Origin: a virus | DNA: 64,000 bases | Virus record (IMG/VR): IMGVR_UViG_3300046170_000494 | Location: 64,001 to 128,000 of that record | Direction: 5' to 3' (one strand) | Shown here: in pieces, positions 45,498 to 54,854 of the stretch | Position numbering within the stretch: the stretch's first letter is position 1 | Layout of the letters: the number at the start of each line of letters is the position of its first letter | The notes under the pieces: model-generated | Database searches by the model: none | Told to the model about the DNA's origin: nothing | Seen by the model: only the letters and a program-made list of their open reading frames with translations | Position numbers and translations under genes: made by a program

Positions 45498-46101
45498 AAT
45501 TAAATTCTCCTTTCAGTTCGTTTTGTATGTCTTTTATTGCTGAGTTATGTATATTAATGCATCCTTGGATACTCAGATTTAATGAATCTCCTATATTTTT
45601 CCAAGGCATTACTTTGTTTTTATTTCCTTCTATGTATCTCATGTTAAATATTTTTTCGACTCTTTTATCTGGGTGGGAACCTATGAGGTTAAGAACTTTA
45701 TTGAAAATATCTTTTTTAATTGAATTGGCGATATCGTTAGATTCCTTAGATTCTTGATCTGACATGTTCTCTATATACTCTGATTGAAATACTGGGCGCC
45801 TCTTGTTTCTGTTGTAAGTATTTAAGCAATTCCATTTAGTTTCGTTTCCTAGATACGTACTAAATTTCGCACCTTTGCTTTCATCATACTTTAGTGCTGC
45901 GGAGAAAATTTTATACTCCTTATCGTTGATTAAGTCTTCTTTGTCTATAAATGGATTATCCTTCGTTGAGTAAGCATTAACCATATCAATATATATTCCG
46001 CTATGTCTTTCTACTAATTCATTTAAACTAGCCTCAATATCAGTCCTATTTTTGATATTATTAATAAGCTCTAGGTCTGTGTGATTATTAAAAAAGTTCA
46101 T
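45490..46101 (-). CDS. Phage-encoded sigma70-family RNA polymerase sigma factor
   Basis: Region 2-like LVERHSG...EDLI...ALKYDESKGAKFSTY; region 4-like IFNMRY...WKNIGDSLNLS. Confidence 0.78.
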   Translation of the reverse strand: MNFFNNHTDLELINNIKNRTDIEASLNELVERHSGIYIDMVNAYSTKDNPFIDKEDLINDKEYKIFSAALKYDESKGAKFSTYLGNETKWNCLNTYNRNKRRPVFQSEYIENMSDQESKESNDIANSIKKDIFNKVLNLIGSHPDKRVEKIFNMRYIEGNKNKVMPWKNIGDSLNLSIQGCINIHNSAIKDIQNELKGEFNFE

Positions 46102-46633
46102 TATATATTTGGTTAACTTTGTTTTGTATATATAGATTATCTACTTCTTCGAAATTTTTCCACTCATATTTATATTGAGAAGCTTTAATTAGTTTGGGAT
46201 TGTTATTCAACTCCTCTTCGTTTGGAGCTATATTTCCTTCTCTTGATATATGAATGGTTTTACCTTGTTTTGATTTAACCCAATTTATTTCGTTTTCGTA
46301 TCTTACGTCAGTAATGAATACGTAATTTACTTTATTTATCTGTTTGAGTCTGTCGGAAACTTTTTCTATCCAACAGTTTTCATTAAGTCTTCTCCTTACC
46401 TTTGATCCATAACAAACCAAAAAAGGCCTAATGATTTCCTTTTCGGAATTTTTTTCCGTGAATGCTGATATTCCTACGTTCTTTAATAAGAAATCATTAC
46501 ATTCTTCTTTTAATTCATCTGCGAATGCTATTCTAGTTGATAATAACCCTTTGTCTTTCAATTTTTCTGCCAACAAAGAATATAAAGTATCTTTTCCTGA
46601 TCTCGCTAATCCTGATATTCCTATAATATTCAT
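46088..46633 (-). CDS. Deoxynucleoside monophosphate kinase
   Basis: IGISGLARSGKDT, IAFADELK, FITDVRYENE. Confidence 0.85.
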   Translation of the reverse strand: MNIIGISGLARSGKDTLYSLLAEKLKDKGLLSTRIAFADELKEECNDFLLKNVGISAFTEKNSEKEIIRPFLVCYGSKVRRRLNENCWIEKVSDRLKQINKVNYVFITDVRYENEINWVKSKQGKTIHISREGNIAPNEEELNNNPKLIKASQYKYEWKNFEEVDNLYIQNKVNQIYNELF

Positions 46634-46941
46634 GCTCCAAAAATATTCTTAACTTTAACCGATAAATCATGGAAACCTGCATTAGCTAACATTCTCGAAA
46701 CCGAATGATAGCTAGTTATTTCATTCAAATCATCATCCACTTCGTTTGGTATGAAGTCTTTGGTTATTTTAGATGAAACCATAACTGATGATAACTTTAA
46801 ATTCTTACCTCTTTCAGCTAGCATATTAATTAATGCTTTAGTACATGCCTCTGTTTCTGATTCCGCAGATAGAACTATATTCCAATCTGAGCATTTAACT
46901 ATGAAACACTTTTCTTTAGCTAGGTCTATAATATTTTCCAT
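46630..46941 (-). CDS. Hypothetical protein
   Basis: First gene after a sigma70 promoter; ATGA overlap with the kinase gene. Confidence 0.65.
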   Translation of the reverse strand: MENIIDLAKEKCFIVKCSDWNIVLSAESETEACTKALINMLAERGKNLKLSSVMVSSKITKDFIPNEVDDDLNEITSYHSVSRMLANAGFHDLSVKVKNIFGA

Positions 46942-46947
46942 AGAACA

Positions 46948-46976
46948 AGTATAGATGATAATTCAGTAAAAGTCAA
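46948..46976 (-). promoter_or_regulatory. sigma70-type promoter
   Basis: TTGACT-N17-TATACT, 6 nt before ATG 46941. Confidence 0.8.
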
Positions 46977-47078
46977 TTCTTATTTTATATATTTATTAAA
47001 TTAAGATATATAGTATATCCTATTGAATAACAATATACAATTTTTCGTATGTCGCTAGTTTAATTTTTTAAATGTAGC

Positions 47079-47107
47079 TTGACAAAAGTCGTTAATTAGT
47101 TTAAGAT
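47079..47107 (+). promoter_or_regulatory. sigma70-type promoter
   Basis: TTGACA-N17-TAAGAT, 7 nt before ATG 47115. Confidence 0.8.
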
Positions 47108-47114
47108 CTACCGA

Positions 47115-47438
47115 ATGAAAAAATTCATCCAAATACCATTAGCTATTCAAGAAGATATTATTTCGGGAAATTTAATTGGCAACGATCTAGTTGTTTATTC
47201 CTACCTTGTTGATAAGGCAGGGCATGGTAAGCCCATATATTTTTCCAACAACAAGATAGCTGGTGAATTAGGTGGGATGTCTTATGGTAAAATATCGGCA
47301 AGCCTAAATAGGCTTCATAAGGCTAAACATATTTTAAGAAAAAAAACAGCAGGGAACACAATGACGCAACTAAAGACTGTTGTAATAAATTCTAAAAACA
47401 TTTTAATCAAAGGGAGACAGCATGAAGATATCTGTTAG
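47115..47438 (+). CDS. Winged helix-turn-helix DNA-binding protein
   Basis: LVVYSYL...YFSNNKIAGELGGMSYGKISASLNRLHKAKHI. Confidence 0.7.
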   Translation: MKKFIQIPLAIQEDIISGNLIGNDLVVYSYLVDKAGHGKPIYFSNNKIAGELGGMSYGKISASLNRLHKAKHILRKKTAGNTMTQLKTVVINSKNILIKGRQHEDIC

Positions 47439-48375
47439 AATGGAAGGGGGTCTAGGTGATCATTTCGCCGCTAATAGATTTATACCTGCGATTAAAGAAT
47501 ATCACCCTGGATGTAAAATAGACTTATGGTCAGACACAGAAGGTAACTCAATACAGTCAGACATACTTAGAGAAATATGGCCAGACCATTTTAATGATGT
47601 TTTTGTTTTAGAAAAAAAGAAATATAAAAATTTTCGAATAAAATCATCAAATTTCCCAGAAGAAGATTATAGGGGGTCAATTAAAAATGTGCGATCCAAT
47701 GATATAAAATTAATGAAAGGAGCTTATGATAAGTTCTACGATTTACATATCGATTCTCTAGATTGGTTAAATCACGATTATGATTGGTTTAAATATTTTA
47801 ATGTATTCCCAAGACCTACCACCAGCTTAACTCAAAACATAGAGTTGCCTTTTGAAAAATTTATTTTAGCGCACCTTTATGCAAGAGATGATGCAGACTC
47901 AAATATGGAGGATTGGTATATCAAGAGGTTAATTAATGACGTAACAAAAGATTTTAATTTAATAATTCTTTATGATAACGATTCAAAGCATAAATACGAA
48001 GATTTCTTTGGATCAAAAAATCCTAAATTACATTTAATTCACGCAGATCTAAGGCAAATATTTTATTTAGCAAGTAAATGCACAGCTATGTTTGGTATTG
48101 ATTCGGGAATACGATACATTCCGTATCATTTTGGCAAACCTACATTTACTTTCTCAAAATATTGTCAAAAATATGGAACCGTTCAATATTCTTATTTAAT
48201 CAGATGGTTATTTAATGAAAGATATGTTTTCCCTTTACATTATGACGTTAGTAGCGCAAGTCAGATAATTAAAAATATGCTCGTAAACCCAGCTTATAAA
48301 CTTTACCCATTCTTACTTGATGACATTGAGAGTTTAGTTGCTCAGAGAGACATAACGGAATATATAACAGAATGA
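47422..48375 (+). CDS. GT-B glycosyltransferase, GT9-like
   Basis: EGGLGD; FGIDSGIRYI..HFGKP. Confidence 0.6.
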   Translation: MKISVRMEGGLGDHFAANRFIPAIKEYHPGCKIDLWSDTEGNSIQSDILREIWPDHFNDVFVLEKKKYKNFRIKSSNFPEEDYRGSIKNVRSNDIKLMKGAYDKFYDLHIDSLDWLNHDYDWFKYFNVFPRPTTSLTQNIELPFEKFILAHLYARDDADSNMEDWYIKRLINDVTKDFNLIILYDNDSKHKYEDFFGSKNPKLHLIHADLRQIFYLASKCTAMFGIDSGIRYIPYHFGKPTFTFSKYCQKYGTVQYSYLIRWLFNERYVFPLHYDVSSASQIIKNMLVNPAYKLYPFLLDDIESLVAQRDITEYITE

Positions 48376-49142
48376 AAACAGCATTACTTTTTAGTGGAAA
48401 ATTAGGAGACTGGACAGAATGTTCTGAGTCTATCACTGAAAATATTATAAAACCCCTAAAGCCTGACATCTTTTTTGCTACATGGAGCACAGAGAATTAC
48501 CCGGATTTCTATAATTACTACAAACCTAAAAAGTTTACAATTTCAGGAAATGAAGATCTAAAGCTATTTGATTTACACAAACACCCAGTAAAGCCAAGCA
48601 AAGGTTTACTACCAATGCTCTTTAATATGAAAGCTGTTTATAATTTATTTTGTAATCAAAAAACTAAATACGATCTAGTAATCAGGTTAAGACCAGATAT
48701 TCAAATATTAGAGGAAATTAAAAAACATGAAATAAAAGATTGTATTAAAAATAAATTCATAAGATTACCTTTATTTGAAAGTGATAATATTTACAACCAT
48801 GAAGAAGAAATAAAAAAAGAGTTCAGTTTTAGTTTTATATACGACAAAGCCTCACTACCAAATCAAATCAATGACCAATTTGCGATAGGATCTCCTGATG
48901 AAATTAAAAAATATATGAATTGTTTAGATTATTACGTTAATGCAATTAACATTCTTTGGAATGAAGGGTATCCAGAATACATGATCAAGGTCCCTGAATC
49001 AGTAATAACTATATGTTTAAATATGCAGAACTGCAAATACAAACAGTTAACAGGAACAAATTCTTTTGGAAACATAAACACAATCCTGTGCAAAGATGGT
49101 AAAAAATGGAGAAATCAAGGCCATAACTCAGTATCAGTTTAA
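48372..49142 (+). CDS. Putative glycosyltransferase-associated protein
   Basis: KTALLFSG, DIFFATW, YDLVIRLRPD, NDQFAIG pattern seen in glycan clusters. Confidence 0.5.
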   Translation: MKTALLFSGKLGDWTECSESITENIIKPLKPDIFFATWSTENYPDFYNYYKPKKFTISGNEDLKLFDLHKHPVKPSKGLLPMLFNMKAVYNLFCNQKTKYDLVIRLRPDIQILEEIKKHEIKDCIKNKFIRLPLFESDNIYNHEEEIKKEFSFSFIYDKASLPNQINDQFAIGSPDEIKKYMNCLDYYVNAINILWNEGYPEYMIKVPESVITICLNMQNCKYKQLTGTNSFGNINTILCKDGKKWRNQGHNSVSV

Positions 49143-50098
49143 TGAAAATATTTTTTCCAGACATCCATATAACCCTAACAAAAAATTTAAGCAAATCCCT
49201 GCAGCAATTAGGGCATCAAATTGTATTGCCCTCAAAAGACTATAAAATAACAGAGATGCCCCCTCAAAATTGGGCTTGGAACACATCTCATACAAAAGAA
49301 TCTATTAAAAAATTTGATCTAGCATCTAATTCTATTTTTGTAAATAAAGAAGAGCTTTTTGATATAAAACCTGATGTTATATTTGTTAGCGCATTCGAGA
49401 ATCAACTTGAGGTTTTAAATGTTATTTGGCCAGAGGCAAAAAAATGGGGAGCTAAATTAGCTTTTTATAGCGGGAATGATTACTGGGATACCGCGTATCC
49501 CTGGGACATAATAGAAAACTATATGCCTGCAGATCAGTTAGCTGCAAATTTATGCCAAAAATACCAAAAACATTACTTTCATTATAGGCCGTGGATAGAT
49601 TACGAAATGTTTTCTTTCAAGGGTGTCTCAAGCGGAAATAAGATAGGTTCCTATATCTGTGACTACAAGAAAAACTTTCCTCAAGATTATGATTGTTACA
49701 AACAAATATTAAATGCACATTCAGCAGAATATATATTATGTGAAGATAAAACAAAGCAACAAACAGCAGATATTATGCATGACACAATTTCTACATTACA
49801 TATAAAAAGATTAGAAGGTTATGGTTTCGCAATCATTGAAAGTATGGCCAGAGGTAGGCCTGTATTTTTCTGGGAACCGCTAACTCAAGGAAAAAGTTAT
49901 CTACAGTGGTTAGAACTAGGTGTCACTGGTTTTACATTTAGAGATATTGGGGATTACGTATCCCAACAAAACTTTTTAATATCTAATAATGACTTCAGGC
50001 ATCAAGTACAAACAGAATGCGCTAAAAGAATAAGAGACATTATAAATAATGAAGAACAAAATTTAAAATTAAAGTTTTTCCTAGACAATCTTGTATGA
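49142..50098 (+). CDS. Glycosyltransferase, GT4-like
   Basis: HIKRLEGYGFAIIESMARGRPV. Confidence 0.72.
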   Translation: MKIFFPDIHITLTKNLSKSLQQLGHQIVLPSKDYKITEMPPQNWAWNTSHTKESIKKFDLASNSIFVNKEELFDIKPDVIFVSAFENQLEVLNVIWPEAKKWGAKLAFYSGNDYWDTAYPWDIIENYMPADQLAANLCQKYQKHYFHYRPWIDYEMFSFKGVSSGNKIGSYICDYKKNFPQDYDCYKQILNAHSAEYILCEDKTKQQTADIMHDTISTLHIKRLEGYGFAIIESMARGRPVFFWEPLTQGKSYLQWLELGVTGFTFRDIGDYVSQQNFLISNNDFRHQVQTECAKRIRDIINNEEQNLKLKFFLDNLV

Positions 50099-50799
50099 AA
50101 TTAAATGATTTATTTGATTGCGTTTATTATATCAATTTAAATAAACGGGTTGATAGAAAAAATAAATTCTGGCAACTAAATAAAAATATTCTAGACGTAG
50201 AGCGGACAATAAGAATTACCGCATTTGACGCATCAAATCAAAAAAATAATACTGATTTTACGTCAATCATAAACGCCAGAACAGCAATTTCACTAAGTTA
50301 TACGCAACCATTCTTACATGCAGTAAAAAATAATTTTAATCAGATATTAATTTTCGAAGACGATGCAGAACCCTTTTTTACAGACGCATCCTTAATAAAT
50401 AAGTATCTAACTGATGCGAACGAATTAAATTATGAAATCATGTTTTTAGGCGGCACAGTACAATCTCCACTTGACAAAGCTTCCGCGAATCTATTTAATT
50501 TAAAAGGCAACATTTTAGCTACCCAAGCGGTATGTTTTAATAATAGAAATAGTATTTTTAATCAATTCAACCAATTCCCGTCAAGTTTCGAGAATATGAG
50601 AAATTTCTTACTTTTAAACAACGGATGTTGCATGGACACGATTATAGGTAAAAAAATGACACAACAAAGAACATCTTTCGTTACAGATAAATTATTATTC
50701 GGTCAGTACGAAAGCTTTTCGGATATTGAAGCAGAAACGACATCTTACAATAAAGATATGATAAATAGATTCCTTAAATTCGCAAATAATCAAATTTAA
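50095..50799 (+). CDS. Glycosyltransferase, GT25-like
   Basis: YYINLNKRVDR, ILIFEDDA. Confidence 0.8.
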   Translation: MKLNDLFDCVYYINLNKRVDRKNKFWQLNKNILDVERTIRITAFDASNQKNNTDFTSIINARTAISLSYTQPFLHAVKNNFNQILIFEDDAEPFFTDASLINKYLTDANELNYEIMFLGGTVQSPLDKASANLFNLKGNILATQAVCFNNRNSIFNQFNQFPSSFENMRNFLLLNNGCCMDTIIGKKMTQQRTSFVTDKLLFGQYESFSDIEAETTSYNKDMINRFLKFANNQI

Positions 50800-50826
50800 T
50801 AAAATATCAGAAAATAATACCAAAGC

Positions 50827-51585
50827 ATGAATAAAGATCAACTATTTCACGATTTACCAGAAATACCCAAGAAAATTCACGTAACATGGAGAAACAAGAA
50901 TATACTTGATTTAAATTTTTCGATTATCAGGCATGGAATCAGAAATTTAAGAGACTTAAACCTAGATTACAAGTTCGAGATCAGTGATAACACTGATGTT
51001 AATGATTATATAAAAAAAAATATTAGCGCTAAAGATTTTGATCTAATAAAACATAAGAAAATGGTCGAAAAATCAGATCTTTGGCGTTTACTAAAAATAT
51101 ATAACGAAGGAGGAGTTTATACAGACATAGATAGATTCTGTAATCAATCATTATGTAAAATTATTAAACCAGAAGTAAAATGCGTCTTACCTATGTATCA
51201 AAATATAGACTTCTCTCAAGATATCATGATAAGTTCGCCAGGAAACCCAATACATAAAAGAGCTATTGATCTCAATTTAGAAAGAAGGAGGCATGGTTGT
51301 GTAGATATTTTATCTCTAGCACCAATAACATACTTCCATGCAGCAACCGAAGTTTTATTAGGAGAGCAATTAGCTAGATGGCCGAGCAAAGAAAATATAA
51401 ATAAGTTAAACTCAATCATCAATAGATCTAAATATCTACAGTCCTGCACAGAAAACCCTCCGTTTAATACGTTCACCTATCAAGGTCCCCCCATATTCAA
51501 TGATAAAATGTCTTTCTATCACTCGCAAGAGGTTAATCACTGGACATTTAATTATAACGATAATACAGAAATTAAATACGAATGA
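50827..51585 (+). CDS. Glycosyltransferase, GT32 (DXD sugar-binding)
   Basis: IPKKIH, SDLWRLLKIYNEGGVYTDID; paralog of the C-domain of 32130..33635. Confidence 0.82.
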   Translation: MNKDQLFHDLPEIPKKIHVTWRNKNILDLNFSIIRHGIRNLRDLNLDYKFEISDNTDVNDYIKKNISAKDFDLIKHKKMVEKSDLWRLLKIYNEGGVYTDIDRFCNQSLCKIIKPEVKCVLPMYQNIDFSQDIMISSPGNPIHKRAIDLNLERRRHGCVDILSLAPITYFHAATEVLLGEQLARWPSKENINKLNSIINRSKYLQSCTENPPFNTFTYQGPPIFNDKMSFYHSQEVNHWTFNYNDNTEIKYE

Positions 51586-52958
51586 TTAAATTAATTATAT
51601 TTGATTTAGACGGAGTATTAGTTGAGTCGCGCGAATTACATTACATTGCTCTTAACAAAGCTCTCGCTGAAATAGGTGATCAATATACAATTAGCAAAGA
51701 AGAGCATCTTTGTAAGTATGACGCATTAACAACAACTCAAAAATTAAAAAAGTTAACCGCCGAAAAAAATCTTCCAGAAAAATACCACAACAGGGTATGG
51801 GAGCTAAAACAACAAAAAACTCTACAAGAAATAGATCAATATAAACCCGACTACAGAATAATAGATATTCTTAAAAAATTAAAATCACAAAACTACAAAA
51901 TTGCATGCGCAACAAATTCAATAAGAGAGACTTCAAAATTAATGTTAATAAGAAAAGGTTTTTTTGATTACATAGATTTTCTATATTCTAATGAAGATGT
52001 AAATAACCCAAAACCTAATGCCGAGATTTACATGAGATGCATGTTGAAGTGCGGAGTTAATCCAGATGAAACAGTAATAATTGAAGATTCTCATATAGGC
52101 AGGAAAGGCGCAATAAGGAGCGGAGGTTATTTGTGCGCTGTTAAAAACTCTAAAGACTTGACATTTACCAAACTAAATCATACTATAGTTAGCGCAGAAC
52201 AGCGATCTAAAATTTCACCAAAATGGCAAGGAGATAAAATGAACGTACTAATACCAATGGCGGGAGCTGGCTCAAGATTTGAGCAGGCCGGATACACTTT
52301 TCCCAAACCTCTTATTGATGTTAATGGAAAACCTATGATTCAAAGAGTTGTTGAAAACTTAAATATAGATGCAAGGCATATATTCATTGTACAAAAATCT
52401 CATTACGAAAAATATTCATTACAACACACTTTAAATTTAATATCCCCAAATTGCGAAATAGTACAAGTGGAGGGTATGACAGAAGGCGCTGCATGCACAA
52501 CTCTACTAGCTAAAGAATTTATAGATAATGACGAACCACTTATTCTTGCAAATTCAGATCAATATGTAAAATGGGATAGCAATCAATTTATGTACTCATC
52601 TATGGCTGATGATATAGATGGATCTATACTAACATTTCATTCCACTCACCCAAAATGGAGTTATGCAAAATTAAATGAAGATGGATTTGTCACAGAGGTT
52701 GCAGAAAAGAAACCTATTAGCGAACACGCAACAGTAGGAATTTATTTTTTTAAAAAGGGTTCAGATTACATTAGATGCGCAGAAAGCATGATTAAGAAAA
52801 ATATTAGAGTCAATAATGAATTTTATGTATGCCCCGTTTACAACGAAGCCTTACTTGAAGGTGCTAGAGTAAAAACATTTCATATTGATAAAATGTGGGG
52901 ATTAGGCACTCCAGAAGATTTAGATACATTTTTAAAACATGATATTAGTATCTCATAG
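51582..52958 (+). CDS. HAD phosphatase fused to a sugar-phosphate nucleotidyltransferase
   Basis: FDLDGVL, KPNAEIY, IEDS; IPMAGAGSRF..GYTFPKPLI, EKKPIS, WGLGTPEDL. Confidence 0.88.
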   Translation: MIKLIIFDLDGVLVESRELHYIALNKALAEIGDQYTISKEEHLCKYDALTTTQKLKKLTAEKNLPEKYHNRVWELKQQKTLQEIDQYKPDYRIIDILKKLKSQNYKIACATNSIRETSKLMLIRKGFFDYIDFLYSNEDVNNPKPNAEIYMRCMLKCGVNPDETVIIEDSHIGRKGAIRSGGYLCAVKNSKDLTFTKLNHTIVSAEQRSKISPKWQGDKMNVLIPMAGAGSRFEQAGYTFPKPLIDVNGKPMIQRVVENLNIDARHIFIVQKSHYEKYSLQHTLNLISPNCEIVQVEGMTEGAACTTLLAKEFIDNDEPLILANSDQYVKWDSNQFMYSSMADDIDGSILTFHSTHPKWSYAKLNEDGFVTEVAEKKPISEHATVGIYFFKKGSDYIRCAESMIKKNIRVNNEFYVCPVYNEALLEGARVKTFHIDKMWGLGTPEDLDTFLKHDISIS

Positions 52959-53361
52959 AGGAAATATTTCTGGGCCAATCCCAGAAAGAGAGAATCATCC
53001 GGACTATATAAAAGAAGCTCTTTCTAAAGGTTACGATGTAGAGGTAGATATATGGGGAGATAAAGAATTATGGCTTGGTCATGACAAGCCTCAATATAAA
53101 TGCTCTGTTAGTTTCCTTATTAATAATTATCAAAAATTATGGATTCATTGTAAAAACTTAATGGCTATAGATATATTATCTGAGTTTAAAGTTTTGAATT
53201 ATTTTTGGCATCAAAACGACGACCACACACTAACTTCTAAAAATTTCATATGGACTTACCCCGGAAAACATGTCTGTAATAAAAGTATTTTAGTAGTAGA
53301 TGACGCTAGAGAATATGCAGGTCCGATTTGTTTTGGTTTGTGTTCTGATTATTTAAAGTGA
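52939..53361 (+). CDS. Short glycerophosphodiester phosphodiesterase-like protein
   Basis: SHRGN...EN...GYDVEVDIW, LGHD, WIHCKN. Confidence 0.7.
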   Translation: MILVSHRGNISGPIPERENHPDYIKEALSKGYDVEVDIWGDKELWLGHDKPQYKCSVSFLINNYQKLWIHCKNLMAIDILSEFKVLNYFWHQNDDHTLTSKNFIWTYPGKHVCNKSILVVDDAREYAGPICFGLCSDYLK

Positions 53362-54239
53362 AATTATCTGATGACCATTTTTTAAATTACTTAAGCCATA
53401 ACGAACATTTATCGTTAGAGCAAAGAATACGTTATAAATTTTTAAAAAACTACCTTCGGTCAATGGAGGAGTTTACAGACACCTTTTCTATTATAATACA
53501 AGGGCCTTTAAATGAACGATCAATTAATACTATTCCAGAATATTTAAACTATGGCGAAGTCATAGTTAGCTGCTGGGAAACGGATGATTTTTCCAAACTT
53601 GAAAAATACAAAGATAAAATAAAACTAGTAATAAATAAATATTCCAATATAAATATAAAAAAAAGAAAAACAGGTAGTCAGGCTCCTTGGATTTATCAAA
53701 ATTATACTACATTAAATGGAATAAAAGCTGCGTCTAAATACTTTTGTATTAAAGTTCGCTCGGACGAAAGCTATCCAGTCTTAGATCCATTTTTAAATAA
53801 GCTAAGAGATAATAGAGATACTAAAAATAGCGAAACAGGCTTATATAATCACTACAAAATAGTTACATCTAATATTTATTTTAGATATGATTGGCAAAAT
53901 AAATTTCATCCATCAGACCATATTATAGGAGGAACAAAATCCAGGATGCTTGAATCTTTCAAACTTTCCACAGCGTATTGCCAACAAGAATTAACTAGAT
54001 TCCCTGAGCAACTTATTTGCAAAGCGATTATTAATAGTTATTGGGATCCTTATCTAAAAAAACAAGAATCAGCAACGGATAATGAATCTATAGAGTTAAT
54101 GAAAAAACACTTCGATATAGTTAGAATAAAAAATTTACCTAAACATATATGGACCTCTAGTTATAGGAAATATGATGAGTTATACAGCGAAGAAGATTGG
54201 TGTCATGATATAAATTCTATAGACATAAATACTAGGTGA
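53358..54239 (+). CDS. WavE-like lipopolysaccharide synthesis protein
   Basis: SIIIQGP, VIVSCW, TTLNGIK...KVRSD, FHPSDH. Confidence 0.7.
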   Translation: MKLSDDHFLNYLSHNEHLSLEQRIRYKFLKNYLRSMEEFTDTFSIIIQGPLNERSINTIPEYLNYGEVIVSCWETDDFSKLEKYKDKIKLVINKYSNINIKKRKTGSQAPWIYQNYTTLNGIKAASKYFCIKVRSDESYPVLDPFLNKLRDNRDTKNSETGLYNHYKIVTSNIYFRYDWQNKFHPSDHIIGGTKSRMLESFKLSTAYCQQELTRFPEQLICKAIINSYWDPYLKKQESATDNESIELMKKHFDIVRIKNLPKHIWTSSYRKYDELYSEEDWCHDINSIDINTR

Positions 54240-54248
54240 AATAAATAC

Positions 54249-54276
54249 TAGACAAAAATAAATCATGATATATAAT
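54249..54276 (+). promoter_or_regulatory. sigma70-type promoter
   Basis: TAGACA-N16-TATAAT, 8 nt before ATG 54285. Confidence 0.6.
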
Positions 54277-54284
54277 CTTTTATC

Positions 54285-54854
54285 ATGAGCATTTCACTTT
54301 ATAAACCAAACAGTAAAAACACAGGATGCGCCTTTAATTTCAAAATTGGCGTAAACAAAGTAAAAGAGCCGGTAATTTACGCTAGCGCAATTCAACAATA
54401 TAGCTGGGACGATAGAAAAAAAACCGGCAACTTCTCTGGAAACGGTAGTGATCCAGATAAAAGAATTAACCTTAAATTTACAGAATTTGAAATCGGCGGA
54501 ATAATTAGTTCTTTTAAGAATAGAAATGAGTTTTCTACATTTCACGCGTTTGAAGAAAACAAAACATCAATTAAATGTACTCCCTGGGATAAAAAAACTA
54601 AAGTCAAACAAGGAGATAAAGAGGAGTGGATAGTAATCCCGGCATTTGGAATTAATGTTACCAGAAACGGGAATCAGACTTTCAGGATACCATTAGAGCC
54701 TGGAGAAGTGGAAAACCTTCTTGAATTTTTCTCTTTTTACCTTTCTGAACTATATAAACACAGAAGAAGAGAAGAGATTAAAAGACTAAAAGAATCCAAG
54801 GGCGGAGGTAATCAAAATCAATCATCAGAAGATAGCGAACAAGCGCCTTTTTAA
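54285..54854 (+). CDS. Putative Whirly/PC4-like ssDNA-binding protein
   Basis: SLYK, QYSW..RK, EIGGII, TFH, FRIPLEPGE pattern; SSB-like C-terminal EQAPF. Confidence 0.45.
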   Translation: MSISLYKPNSKNTGCAFNFKIGVNKVKEPVIYASAIQQYSWDDRKKTGNFSGNGSDPDKRINLKFTEFEIGGIISSFKNRNEFSTFHAFEENKTSIKCTPWDKKTKVKQGDKEEWIVIPAFGINVTRNGNQTFRIPLEPGEVENLLEFFSFYLSELYKHRRREEIKRLKESKGGGNQNQSSEDSEQAPF

